Positions 41,191 to 49,887 of a stretch of DNA of 64,000 nt are shown piece after piece (position 1 is the first letter of the stretch; each line of letters opens with the position of its first letter). The notes under the pieces are model-generated. The model was not told where the DNA came from. It did no database searches and saw only the letters and a list, made by a program, of their open reading frames with translations. This DNA comes from Spirochaetia bacterium (lineage in GTDB: Bacteria; Spirochaetota; Spirochaetia; SZUA-6; Bin103), in the NCBI GenBank assembly GCA_965203905.1, contig CBDBDQ010000005.1:5472001-5536000 (forward strand), given 5' to 3'. A program made the position numbers and the translations under genes.

Positions 41191-42119
41191 TGACGGCGAA
41201 GTCGGACCCGGCCGCGTTGCGCGGCATCTTCCCGGTGCTGCCGCTGGCCCTGACCGCGGACGGCGGCATCGACCCTGCGAGCATGGAGCGGCAGGTGGCG
41301 TTCTGCATCGAGGCCGGCGCCCACGGCATGGTGTTCCCGGTGCTGGCCAGCGAGTTCCAGTACCTCACCGACCGCGAACGCCATCGTCTCGTGGAGGTGG
41401 TGGTCGGCGCCGCTGCCGGCGCCCTGCCGGTGGTGGTGGGAGTCGCCGCCAGCAGCGCGGCGGGGGCGGTGGAACATGCCCGCCACGCGGCCGCGGCCGG
41501 GGCCGACGCGGTGATCGCGCTGCCGCCGTTCCTCGGCGCCGGCAGCGGCGAGGAGACGGCGGCCTACTATCGCGCCATCGCCGCCGCGGCGCGGCGCCCG
41601 GTGTTCATCCAGCACACCTTCGCCGGCATGGGGGTGGAACTGATCAACCGGCTCATCGACGAGGTGGACGAGGTGCAGTACGTGAAGGAGGAGATGGAGC
41701 CCAGCGCGCACCAGATCAGCGCCCTCCTGGCCGGGGTGAGCGGTAACTGCCGCGGAGTGTTCGGCGGCGGCCACGGCCGCTGGATGCTGTCGGAGCTGCG
41801 CCGCGGCGCCACCGGCTTCATGCCGGCCACGGAACTGACCGACCTCCATCGCCGCATCTGGGACGCCTGGCAGGCGGGCGACGAGCCGCAGGCGCGGCGC
41901 CTGTTCAACCTGCTGCTGCCGCTGATCAATCTCACCCTGCTGCTCGGAGTGCGGGTGTGCAAGGAACTGCTGGTGCGCCGCGGCGTGTTCACCACCAGCG
42001 CGCTGCGCATCCCGGGAGAGCCCCGGCTGGACACGGAGGACCGGCGCGAGCTGGAGCAGATCCTGGCCGCCATCGAGCCGGAGCTGTCGCTGCCGCTGGT
42101 GTGGCGGAGCGCCCCATGA
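41187..42119 (+). CDS. DHDPS/NAL family enzyme, AraD (2-keto-3-deoxy sugar acid dehydratase)-like
   Basis: GIFPVL, ASEFQYLTDRER, FIQH (Gln in place of Tyr), Schiff-base YVKEE, RGATGFMP. Confidence 0.82.
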   Translation: MMTAKSDPAALRGIFPVLPLALTADGGIDPASMERQVAFCIEAGAHGMVFPVLASEFQYLTDRERHRLVEVVVGAAAGALPVVVGVAASSAAGAVEHARHAAAAGADAVIALPPFLGAGSGEETAAYYRAIAAAARRPVFIQHTFAGMGVELINRLIDEVDEVQYVKEEMEPSAHQISALLAGVSGNCRGVFGGGHGRWMLSELRRGATGFMPATELTDLHRRIWDAWQAGDEPQARRLFNLLLPLINLTLLLGVRVCKELLVRRGVFTTSALRIPGEPRLDTEDRRELEQILAAIEPELSLPLVWRSAP

Positions 42120-43081
42120 CCATCGACACCCACGTCCATCTTTACGATCCGACCCGGCCCGAGGGCGTGCCGTGGCCGGATCGGGACTCGCCCATCTACC
42201 GGCGGACGCTGGCCGCCGACTGCCGTGCCGTGGCCGAGCCCGAGGGCGTGGACGGCGTGGTCGTGGTGGAGGCGAGTGAACGCATCGCCGACAACCGCTG
42301 GGTGCTGGAGGAAGCGGACCGCGATCCGTTCGTGAAGGCGCTGGTGGCGCGGCTGGAGCCGGGCGCGCCGGAGTTCGCCGCCGAGCTGGCGCACTACGCC
42401 GCCGACCCGCGGGTACGCGGCATCCGCTTCTGGGGCGACCGCACCCCCGGCGGGCGCGGCGCCCTGTTCGCCCATCTCGACGCGGGCACTCTCATGGCCG
42501 ACATGGAGTTGCTGGCGCGCCGCGATCTGCACCTGGACGTGGCGCTGCGGATGGCGCCGCGGGACGGGGCCGACGAGGCGCAGCGGCGCGCGGACGTGGA
42601 CGGGTTCTTCACCCTGACCCGGCGCCTGCCCGAGTTGCGCGTCGTCATCGAGCACATCGGCGGGGTGGCGATCGACGGCGGTGCTCCGCCGCAGCAGTGG
42701 GTGGAAGCGATGCAGGCCGCCGCGGCGCTGCCGCAGGTTGCACTGAAGGTATCCTCGGTGATCGAGCACAGCGTGGTGCAGCCGCCGCCGGCGGAGCTGG
42801 ACTTCTACCGGCCGGCGCTCGATGTCATGTGGCAGGCGTTCGGCGCGGAGCGCCTGGTGTACGGCAGCAACTGGCCGGTGTGCGAGCGCGCCGGCCCCTA
42901 TGCCACCGCAATCGACATGGTGCGCCGCTACTTCGCCAGCCACGGCAGCCGCGCCGCGGCCCGGTACTTCGGTGCCAATGCGGCCCGTATCTACCGCTGG
43001 CCGGGCGCGGAGGCCGCCGCGCGGTCTGAAACAGCGGCGCGCAGCCAGCACCAGGGCGATCCCATGCTCACGGATTGGTGA
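42116..43081 (+). CDS. Amidohydrolase family 2 protein (sugar lactonase-like)
   Basis: IDTHVHLY, VIEHIGG, LKVSS, RLVYGSNWPV, NAARIY. Confidence 0.88.
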   Translation: MTIDTHVHLYDPTRPEGVPWPDRDSPIYRRTLAADCRAVAEPEGVDGVVVVEASERIADNRWVLEEADRDPFVKALVARLEPGAPEFAAELAHYAADPRVRGIRFWGDRTPGGRGALFAHLDAGTLMADMELLARRDLHLDVALRMAPRDGADEAQRRADVDGFFTLTRRLPELRVVIEHIGGVAIDGGAPPQQWVEAMQAAAALPQVALKVSSVIEHSVVQPPPAELDFYRPALDVMWQAFGAERLVYGSNWPVCERAGPYATAIDMVRRYFASHGSRAAARYFGANAARIYRWPGAEAAARSETAARSQHQGDPMLTDW

Positions 43082-43142
43082 ACGGGTACCGTCGGGAGCG
43101 TGAACGGCATGAGCCCGTCGCCATCCGTGATCACGCCTGCCG

Positions 43143-43406
43143 CTACGAGCGGGAGCCTTCCACGCGGGCCAGGAAGTCGGCGACGGTGGCGCAGTCCACG
43201 ATCCACTCGCCGGCTTCGGCGAGGTGGTCGGCGTCCGTGACGGCGGCGAGCACCGCTGACAGCCGTTCCGCCGCCGCCGGGCCGAACCGCCGCTCAGCCT
43301 GGTGGCGTAACAGCGCCTTCTCCCGCGCGATGCCTTGCTCGATGCCCTGCTTGATGCCCCGCGCCAGGATTTCCTCTCCCCAGCGGTCGATCTTCTCCAA
43401 CAACAC
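43143..43406 (-). CDS. Predicted nested in-frame small protein (RpnS-like antitoxin, 87 aa)
   Basis: Internal GAGGAGGT SD 7 nt before an in-frame GTG at 43406, just ahead of the GxxQG repeats. Confidence 0.6.
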   Translation of the reverse strand: MLLEKIDRWGEEILARGIKQGIEQGIAREKALLRHQAERRFGPAAAERLSAVLAAVTDADHLAEAGEWIVDCATVADFLARVEGSRS

Positions 43407-44129
43407 TGCGCTTACCTCCTCGTACTCGCGGATCGATGGCAGCGCCACCTCCCACTTCTCTGCCAGCGCCCCCAGCCACAGGTCGAAGGTCGTCGTCAGC
43501 CCCGGCTCGCCCAGTCCGGCCAGCCACTCGCCCAACTCCCTCACCCGCTCCGGCAGCGTCCCGGCCTGCACGCTCTGCTCCACCGATGCCACCCACCTCA
43601 GCAGGTTTGCGCGCGGCACCGCCTCCAGCCTCGCATCCACCAGGTCGACCACCTCGTAGCTCACTGCCAGCGGCGCCGGCCGGTCCTGCGGCTTGCCCGC
43701 CAGCAGCCCCGCCAGCGTCAGCGGCGCGTCCCAGCGACGCTCACCATTATATACCACCACGTGCAGCACCGGCTCAGCCGTGTCACCCTTGCGCCAGTTC
43801 TTGCGGTCGCGGTACCGCCGCTGATACAGCAGGTTGCTGTAGTTGAGGAACCGCAACGGCATCCCGTAGTGCACGCTGGACTGATGCTCGATCACCAGGT
43901 GCAGCGTGTGCGCGCAGCCGCTCTCATCGCGGCGGTCGATCGACCAGGTCAGGTCGCCGAGGCGGCTGCGCAGGGTGTCGGAGATGCCCTCGGTGGCGCC
44001 TTCGCACAGGGAGTCGAAGTCGAGCGCCGCGGCCCACTGCGGCGCTCGACGCGGGGCGATGAAGCCGAGCAGCAGGTCCTTGACGATGCGCTTGTGATTG
44101 AGCAGCCGTTTGTAGGAGGCGTCGTTCAT
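43143..44129 (-). CDS. Rpn family recombination-promoting nuclease / putative transposase (YhgA-like, PD-(D/E)XK)
   Basis: DASYKRL, LDFDSL, RLGDLTW, LVIEHQS..MPLRFLNY, VVYNGERRW, C-terminal GIKQGIEQG..RFG. Confidence 0.88.
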   Translation of the reverse strand: MNDASYKRLLNHKRIVKDLLLGFIAPRRAPQWAAALDFDSLCEGATEGISDTLRSRLGDLTWSIDRRDESGCAHTLHLVIEHQSSVHYGMPLRFLNYSNLLYQRRYRDRKNWRKGDTAEPVLHVVVYNGERRWDAPLTLAGLLAGKPQDRPAPLAVSYEVVDLVDARLEAVPRANLLRWVASVEQSVQAGTLPERVRELGEWLAGLGEPGLTTTFDLWLGALAEKWEVALPSIREYEEVSAVLLEKIDRWGEEILARGIKQGIEQGIAREKALLRHQAERRFGPAAAERLSAVLAAVTDADHLAEAGEWIVDCATVADFLARVEGSRS

Positions 44130-44394
44130 GATTCTCCACCGGGTGGCGGCGCCGAGGCGATGCGTGCGCAACGACCGCTCTCGGTCGTCGGCAGGCGCGT
44201 GCCGCGGGCGCCATCCATTCTCGATACCCTATGACAACGGCCGCGTTTCGCTGCTGCTTCAGAAATCCGCTGTCAACCGGCTACGAAAAATCCCCAGAGG
44301 CGTCGGCCCCGCGCCGATTCTCGTAGCATGGGATTGTCCTGAGCCGGTGCCGTGCCGGTGGCCGGACGGCGCGGGGGCGGCTATAGTCGCCCGC

Positions 44395-45186
44395 GTGAAT
44401 CATCCCCATACCTTCATGCGCAAGCTGCAGGCCGGCGAGCCGGTGCTCGGCGCCGCGGTTTCGGTGTCCGATCCCACCATCACCGAGGCGCTGGCCGACT
44501 CGGTCGACTTCGTGTGGATCGACCAGGAGCACAACCCGCTGTCGGTGGGCGACGTGCAGGGCCACATCATGGCCACCAAGGGCTCGCCCGCCACCCCGAT
44601 CGTGCGCGTGCCGTGGAACGACCACGTGATGATCAAGCGGGTCCTCGACGCCGGCGCCGCGGGCATCATCGTACCGATGGTGCGCACCGCCGCGGAGGCG
44701 CGGCGCGCGGTCGAGGCGTGCCTCTATCCCCCGGAGGGCATCCGCGGCTACGGGCCGCGGCGGCCCTCCAACTACGGGCGCCGCGGCGGGGTCGACTTCG
44801 TGCGTGACGCCAACGCTTCCGTGATCCCGATTCTGCAGATCGAGCACGTCGACGCCGTGGAGCAGATCGACGAAATCGTTGCCGTGCCAGGCATCGCGTC
44901 ACTGGTATTCGGTCCCAATGACCTCGCCGGCAGCATGGGGCTGCTCGGTGAGCCGCATCATCCCAAGGTGGTGGCGGCGATCGACCACGTGATCGCCCGT
45001 GCCCGCGCCGCCGGCGTGTTCGTCGGCTCCGGCATGGGCGGCAGCGCCGAGCAGATCGCCGCCGCGTTCGAGCGCGGCATGCACTGGAGTCTGACCGGTA
45101 TCGACTACGCCTTCATGCTGCACGCCCTGCACCGGTTGCTGGGCGACGTGCGGCGGCGCCTGCCGGGTGCCACGTCGGCGGACTGA
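44395..45186 (+). CDS. HpcH/HpaI family class II aldolase
   Basis: DFVWIDQEHN, IVRVP, LDAGAAGIIVPMV, YPPEGIRG, QIEH, GPNDLA. Confidence 0.92.
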   Translation: MNHPHTFMRKLQAGEPVLGAAVSVSDPTITEALADSVDFVWIDQEHNPLSVGDVQGHIMATKGSPATPIVRVPWNDHVMIKRVLDAGAAGIIVPMVRTAAEARRAVEACLYPPEGIRGYGPRRPSNYGRRGGVDFVRDANASVIPILQIEHVDAVEQIDEIVAVPGIASLVFGPNDLAGSMGLLGEPHHPKVVAAIDHVIARARAAGVFVGSGMGGSAEQIAAAFERGMHWSLTGIDYAFMLHALHRLLGDVRRRLPGATSAD

Positions 45187-45265
45187 TGGCGGCCATGCTC
45201 TTTGAAGTGAGCACTCGCTCGGCGACACGCCGGGGCGAGCCCTGGTACGGCGGCGGGAGCCGAGC

Positions 45266-46474
45266 GTGACCGAACTGCGCATCGGCGCGGTCGGCTGTGG
45301 GTCGCGCGGGCGCAGCGTCCTGCAGCGGTTGCAGGCGGTCGGCCGGACCCGCATCACGGCCCTGTACGATCCCGCCCCCGGCAGCGCTGAACGGGTACGG
45401 GCGGAGCTGGCTCCGGAGGCCCGCGTCGTCGCTGGCTACCGCGAGGTGGTGCGGCGCGACGACGTCGACCTGGTGCTGGTGTGCTCGCCCGATCATGCCC
45501 ACCGGGAGCCGGCGGTGGCCGCATTCGAGCACGGCAAGCACGTGTTCTGCGAGAAGCCGATGGCGACCACGGTGGCCGACTGCCAGGCGATCTGGGAGGC
45601 GTCGCGCGCCGCCGAGCGCCACCTGATCGTCGGCTTCGTGCTGCGCTACGCGCCCTTCTACCGCGAGATGAAGCGGCGCCTCGACCGTGGCGACCTGGGC
45701 CGCCTGGTGAGCCTGGAGGCGAACGAGAACCTGGGCGCGGCGCAGGGCGCGTTCTTCCGCCGCGACTGGCGCCGGTTCCGCAAGTTCACCGGCGGCTACC
45801 TGCTGGAGAAGTGCTGTCACGACCTGGACATCCTCGCCTGGTTCGCCGGCGCGCTGCCGCGCCGTGTTGCCTCGTTCGGCGGCCGCTCGGCGTTCACGCC
45901 ACGCCGCGAGGCGCCGCTGTACTGCCGCGACTGCGACCTGGAGTGTGCCCACCGGTTGCGCCTGGAAGATCCACCGCCGAAGCCCGCCACGCGCGCCGAG
46001 CTGGAGTTGAGCCGCGGGCGGACGCTGGACCTGTGCTGCTTCAACTCTGACCAGGACATCGTCGATCACCAGGTGGCGATCATCGAATACGAGAACGGGG
46101 TGCGCGCCACCTTCCACTCCAACCAGAACTGCGGGATGCCCAGCCGCCGCATGTACGTGGTCGGTGACGCTGGCTGCATCGAGGGCGACCTGTACTGGGG
46201 CCACTTCCAGTTCGCCCCCGTGACCTATACCCGAAACTTCGAGGGCAGCGAGTGGCAGCGCACCGAGGTAGGCAACCCCAGCCAGCACGGCGGCGGCGAC
46301 CAACGGCAACTGGCCTCCTGCGTGGCGGCGCTGCTGGAGGGCGGTCCGGCGCCGGCGGGCGGCCGCGACGGGCTGGTGGCAAGCGTCACCGCCCTTGCCA
46401 TCGACGAGGCGCTGCAACAGGGTGCCGTGGTGGACCTGAGCCAGCGCTGGCGACGCCTGGGACTGGCTGTTTGA
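45266..46474 (+). CDS. Gfo/Idh/MocA family oxidoreductase (YteT-like, Cys-containing insert)
   Basis: IGAVGCGSRG, CEKPMA, GFVLRY, LLEKCCHDLD, HGGGD. Confidence 0.9.
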   Translation: MTELRIGAVGCGSRGRSVLQRLQAVGRTRITALYDPAPGSAERVRAELAPEARVVAGYREVVRRDDVDLVLVCSPDHAHREPAVAAFEHGKHVFCEKPMATTVADCQAIWEASRAAERHLIVGFVLRYAPFYREMKRRLDRGDLGRLVSLEANENLGAAQGAFFRRDWRRFRKFTGGYLLEKCCHDLDILAWFAGALPRRVASFGGRSAFTPRREAPLYCRDCDLECAHRLRLEDPPPKPATRAELELSRGRTLDLCCFNSDQDIVDHQVAIIEYENGVRATFHSNQNCGMPSRRMYVVGDAGCIEGDLYWGHFQFAPVTYTRNFEGSEWQRTEVGNPSQHGGGDQRQLASCVAALLEGGPAPAGGRDGLVASVTALAIDEALQQGAVVDLSQRWRRLGLAV

Positions 46475-46638
46475 TCTGACGCAGGATCCCGTGCAACGCT
46501 GCAACCGCTGGGCCGATCCGGCGGCCGTCCCGCTGCGTCGCGAGATGGAGGGTCGGTTGCTGGAGAAGATCGTCGACACCCAGGCGCGACACCAGCGTCA
46601 GGTGGCGGTGGCATGACCAACGGCAAGGAGGCGGATCG

Positions 46639-47412
46639 ATGAGCATTGCCGAGCGAGTGGCGCTGGTTACGGGCGCGGGACACGGCATCGGGCGTGGCAT
46701 CGCGTATGCGCTGGCGCGCGAGGGGGCGCACGTGGTGGTCAACTGGTCGCGCGACGAGGAAGCGGCGACACACACCGTGACCCGCATATCCGAAGCGGGC
46801 GGGAAGGCCGCGGCGGTCAAGGCGGACGTCGGCGAGATCGACCAGTGCCAGGAGCTGGTGCGGCGCTCGGAGGAGGCGTTCGGGCCGGTGGAGATCCTGA
46901 TCAGCAACGCCGGCATCGGCCAGCCGCACCAGATCGTCGACACCCCGGACGAGGAGTGGGAGCGGGTGATCAACGTCAACCTGCGCGCCACCTTCGCCCT
47001 GGCGCGGGCGGTCATGCCGTCGATGATCGAACGCCAATACGGGCGCGTGGTGACCATCTCCTCCAACATCGCCTACGTCGGCAAGGGCGGCGCTTCGTTC
47101 GCCACCTACGGCGCTTCGAAGGCGGGGCTGATCGCACTCACCAAGGGCATCGCCCACGAGGGCGCCCCCTACATCACCGCCAACGCCATCGTGCCGGGCG
47201 GCACCAGCCGGCAGACCGCCGACGAGCGTGGCGAGGAGTGGCCGCCGCCGCCGGCCCACGACGACAAGTTCTTTCTCGGCTGGCGGGTGCCGCTGAACCG
47301 AACCGGCACGCCGGAGGACATCGCCGCCGCGGTGCTGTTCTTCGTGTCCGATGCCGCCTGCTACGTCACCGGGCAGTCGCTGCACGTGAGCGGCGGCGGG
47401 TACATGCCGTAG
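46639..47412 (+). CDS. Short-chain dehydrogenase/reductase (FabG-like)
   Basis: AAGGAGG SD; TGAGHGIG, SNAG, YGASK, VTGQSLHVSGG. Confidence 0.92.
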   Translation: MSIAERVALVTGAGHGIGRGIAYALAREGAHVVVNWSRDEEAATHTVTRISEAGGKAAAVKADVGEIDQCQELVRRSEEAFGPVEILISNAGIGQPHQIVDTPDEEWERVINVNLRATFALARAVMPSMIERQYGRVVTISSNIAYVGKGGASFATYGASKAGLIALTKGIAHEGAPYITANAIVPGGTSRQTADERGEEWPPPPAHDDKFFLGWRVPLNRTGTPEDIAAAVLFFVSDAACYVTGQSLHVSGGGYMP

Positions 47413-47414
47413 CG

Positions 47415-48224
47415 TCAGGCGGCGGTCAGTACCCGGCGCAGGGCGTCGACCTCTGCGCCGGTGAGGCCGATGTGCTCCAGGTAGCCGGTGATATCCCGGT
47501 AGTGTGAGCGCAACCAGAACAGCAGGATCGGGATCAGCTCGGCGGGGCAGAAGCGCGCCGCGTACTCGGATTCGTCGCGCATCGTCAGCGGCGGGTCTCC
47601 GCTCTTGCGCAGCAGTTCCAGGCGGCGGAAGTTGGTGTGTGCCGTGTGCGTGTAGTCGGCGGCGATCGCGAGGTCGGGCACCTCGGCAAGCATCAGCAGC
47701 AGCGCGCTGACGACGCCGGTGCGATCCTTGCCCGCCTCGCAGTGGAATACCGCCGGCGTCGCCGGTGGGTGCGCCAGCAGGCGCAGGATCGTGCGCAGTT
47801 GCGGCTGCCGTTCGTCGAGCCAGCGGCAGTAGTCGCGCAGGTGTGAGAACAACGGCAACGCCGCGTAGCGGGAGTCCACGTCCGCGTCGCGCCAGACGAC
47901 GTCCAGCACGTCGCTCGCGACCGAGTACTGGTCGCCGATCATGTCCACCTGGTGGTATGCGACCCGCGGGTGCCGGCGCAGCGGACTGGGCCACTTCCGC
48001 ACCGCCTCGTCCTGGCGCAGGTCGATCACCGTGCGGACGCCGAGCCGCAGCAGGGCGGCAACGCCGGCGGGGGAGAGGCTGGCGAGATTGTCGGCGCGAT
48101 AGATCCGACCCCGCGGAACGGCGCTGCCGTCGTGGCGCGGCAGGCCGCCGAGATCGCGCATGTTGTAGATGCCCTCGACGCTGACGCAGCGCTTGGCGGT
48201 CAGCTCTTCGAAACGGGGGATCAC
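47415..48224 (-). CDS. Tyrosine-protein phosphatase family 3 (PtpB-like)
   Basis: NMRDLGG, VIDLR, P-loop HCEAGKDRTG; GTG overlaps the upstream stop. Confidence 0.9.
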   Translation of the reverse strand: MIPRFEELTAKRCVSVEGIYNMRDLGGLPRHDGSAVPRGRIYRADNLASLSPAGVAALLRLGVRTVIDLRQDEAVRKWPSPLRRHPRVAYHQVDMIGDQYSVASDVLDVVWRDADVDSRYAALPLFSHLRDYCRWLDERQPQLRTILRLLAHPPATPAVFHCEAGKDRTGVVSALLLMLAEVPDLAIAADYTHTAHTNFRRLELLRKSGDPPLTMRDESEYAARFCPAELIPILLFWLRSHYRDITGYLEHIGLTGAEVDALRRVLTAA

Positions 48225-49027
48225 GCGGTCTTTCCGGGGGCCTGTTCTCTGGCCCGGTGCAGCAGTCCGATCAGCGTGGCGCGGGCCTGGTCGGAACCTT
48301 GCAGCGGTTCGGGAAACGGCACCCGCGCCAGCCGCGGACCCCCGGGAGTGTGCGCCCGCAGGGTCATCCCGTAACGGTCGATGCCCACCATGGTGGCGGC
48401 ACTGGCGTCTTCGAGCCGCGCCAGCACGGTGACATACTGCAGGTTGGCCTCGGCGTGGTCCTCGTTCATGTGGTTGATGATGGCCGCCGCGTCCCCGGCC
48501 AGGGGGTCGACCGCGGCGCTCCGGTAGGACTCGGCGGTGATCCAGCTCATGTGCCCGAATCCGCCGACGAAGCGGCACTTCTCCGCGGCGAGCCGCCAGA
48601 AGCTGAAGTCCGAGAAGTCGACGTAGGAGGCGGCGTAGGGGTGACACTCCAGGTAGGGGGCGCGCGGGGCGGCCTGATCGTCGACCCGCAGCAGGCGGCC
48701 GAGCAGGGTGAGGCGGGCACTGCCGAGGGGATCGGACTGGCGCGGCGTCGCCGCGGTCACCAGCATGCTCACCCGGTCGTCGGCGCGGGCGTTGATCGTG
48801 TGCTCGGCCAGCTCCGAGATCAGCAGCAACGGCAACCCGGCGTCGTCTACCGCGTAGGAAACGACGCTGCCGTACGGGTAGCCTTCGGCGGTAAGGGTGC
48901 ACAGCGTCGCCTGCCGTGCGCCCGCGACCAGGGTGCGCGCCAGCTCGGCGTCGGCGGGAAACGAGCCGGGGTCGCCGGCGATGCCCGGTCCCGGCTCGCC
49001 GCCGCCATGCTCGGTGGGACGTTCCAT
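48221..49027 (-). CDS. HugZ-like pyridoxamine-oxidase split-barrel protein with DUF2470
   Basis: GYPYGSVV, ISELAEHTIN, DFSFW, VGGFG, IINHMNEDH, GIDRYG. Confidence 0.88.
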   Translation of the reverse strand: MERPTEHGGGEPGPGIAGDPGSFPADAELARTLVAGARQATLCTLTAEGYPYGSVVSYAVDDAGLPLLLISELAEHTINARADDRVSMLVTAATPRQSDPLGSARLTLLGRLLRVDDQAAPRAPYLECHPYAASYVDFSDFSFWRLAAEKCRFVGGFGHMSWITAESYRSAAVDPLAGDAAAIINHMNEDHAEANLQYVTVLARLEDASAATMVGIDRYGMTLRAHTPGGPRLARVPFPEPLQGSDQARATLIGLLHRAREQAPGKTA

Positions 49028-49048
49028 CGTTACTCCAGTGTGGCGGAT

Positions 49049-49396
49049 TGGAGGTGGCGGGAATCGAACCCGCGTCCTGAAAGGTGCGCGTACGGCGTCT
49101 ACAGGTTTAGCCGGCTGTTGCAGTTCTTGGCGCCACCGTTGTGATCCGGCTCACGGGTGGCGGTGCAGCCCGCTGTTTGTCTGTCCCGTCACACCCGCGG
49201 GCCGATGTGACGGTAAGTTCTGAATTGCGTCGGGGAAGCTCGTCGCTCAGGACCGCACTTCAAGTCCCCGTGACCGCGTTAATTAAGCGGCCAGTGCGAG
49301 ATCTGTATCGGCAGATCAATTTTCCAGGTTAAGGAGACTGGAACTCCACCTGCAACCGCAAACGTCATGCCTCCCAGTCGAGGCCTTGTCACCCCC
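49049..49396 (-). ncRNA. ssrA: tmRNA; predicted tag (A)ADTDLALAA
   Basis: 5' GGGGGUGA; 3' GGGUUCGAUUCCCGCCACCUCCA T-arm and CCA; internal frame gcc gat aca gat ctc gca ctg gcc gct taa; adjacent to smpB. Confidence 0.95.
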
Positions 49397-49404
49397 AAAG
49401 AATT

Positions 49405-49887
49405 TCACAGCCGCCGCTGGCCGCTCCGGACCTGGCGGTCCAGGTCGCGGGCTAGGTCGCGGCGCTTGATGTCCTCGCGCTTGTCGAAGGTCTTCTTGCC
49501 GCGACAGATGCCGAGCTCGACCTTGACCAAGCCATTGGTAACGTAGAAGCGCAAGGGGATCAGCGTCAAGCCCCGCTCGGCGACGCGCTTGCCGAGACGC
49601 CGGATCTCGTCGCGATGCGCGAGCAGCTTGCGGGTCCGCGTCGGGTCGTGGTTGAACTGGTTGCCGAACGCGTACGGGGTGACGTGGAGACCCACCAGGA
49701 GGAGCTCGCCGTCGACCACCCGGGCGTATGAGTCAACGAAGGAGAACTGCCCGGACTTGAGGGATTTCACCTCGGTCCCGCGCAGCGCTATGCCGCACTC
49801 CAGGCGGTCGTCGACGTGGTACAGGTGACGCGCGCGGCGGTTGGTGGCCAGTGTCCTGCCGCCGTCGCCGGCATGGCGGCGGCTCAT
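49405..49887 (-). CDS. smpB: SsrA-binding protein
   Basis: NRRARH, GIALRGTEVKS, NHDPTRTRKLL, GLTLIP, GKKTFDKRE. Confidence 0.97.
   Translation of the reverse strand: MSRRHAGDGGRTLATNRRARHLYHVDDRLECGIALRGTEVKSLKSGQFSFVDSYARVVDGELLLVGLHVTPYAFGNQFNHDPTRTRKLLAHRDEIRRLGKRVAERGLTLIPLRFYVTNGLVKVELGICRGKKTFDKREDIKRRDLARDLDRQVRSGQRRL

Noticed and set aside
43143-44250. Rpn gene as an IS element
   Set aside because: No terminal inverted repeats or target duplication were seen, and Rpn/YhgA proteins are not demonstrated transposases.
46540-46616. Tiny ORF MEGRLLEKIVDTQ... sharing ttg(c/t)tggagaagatcg with the RpnS start region
   Set aside because: Only a ~16-nt match with no extension; cannot be distinguished from chance.
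49030-49080. tRNA-like 3' end as a tRNA gene or prophage att site
   Set aside because: It is the tmRNA 3' end; no duplicate and no integrase were seen in the window.
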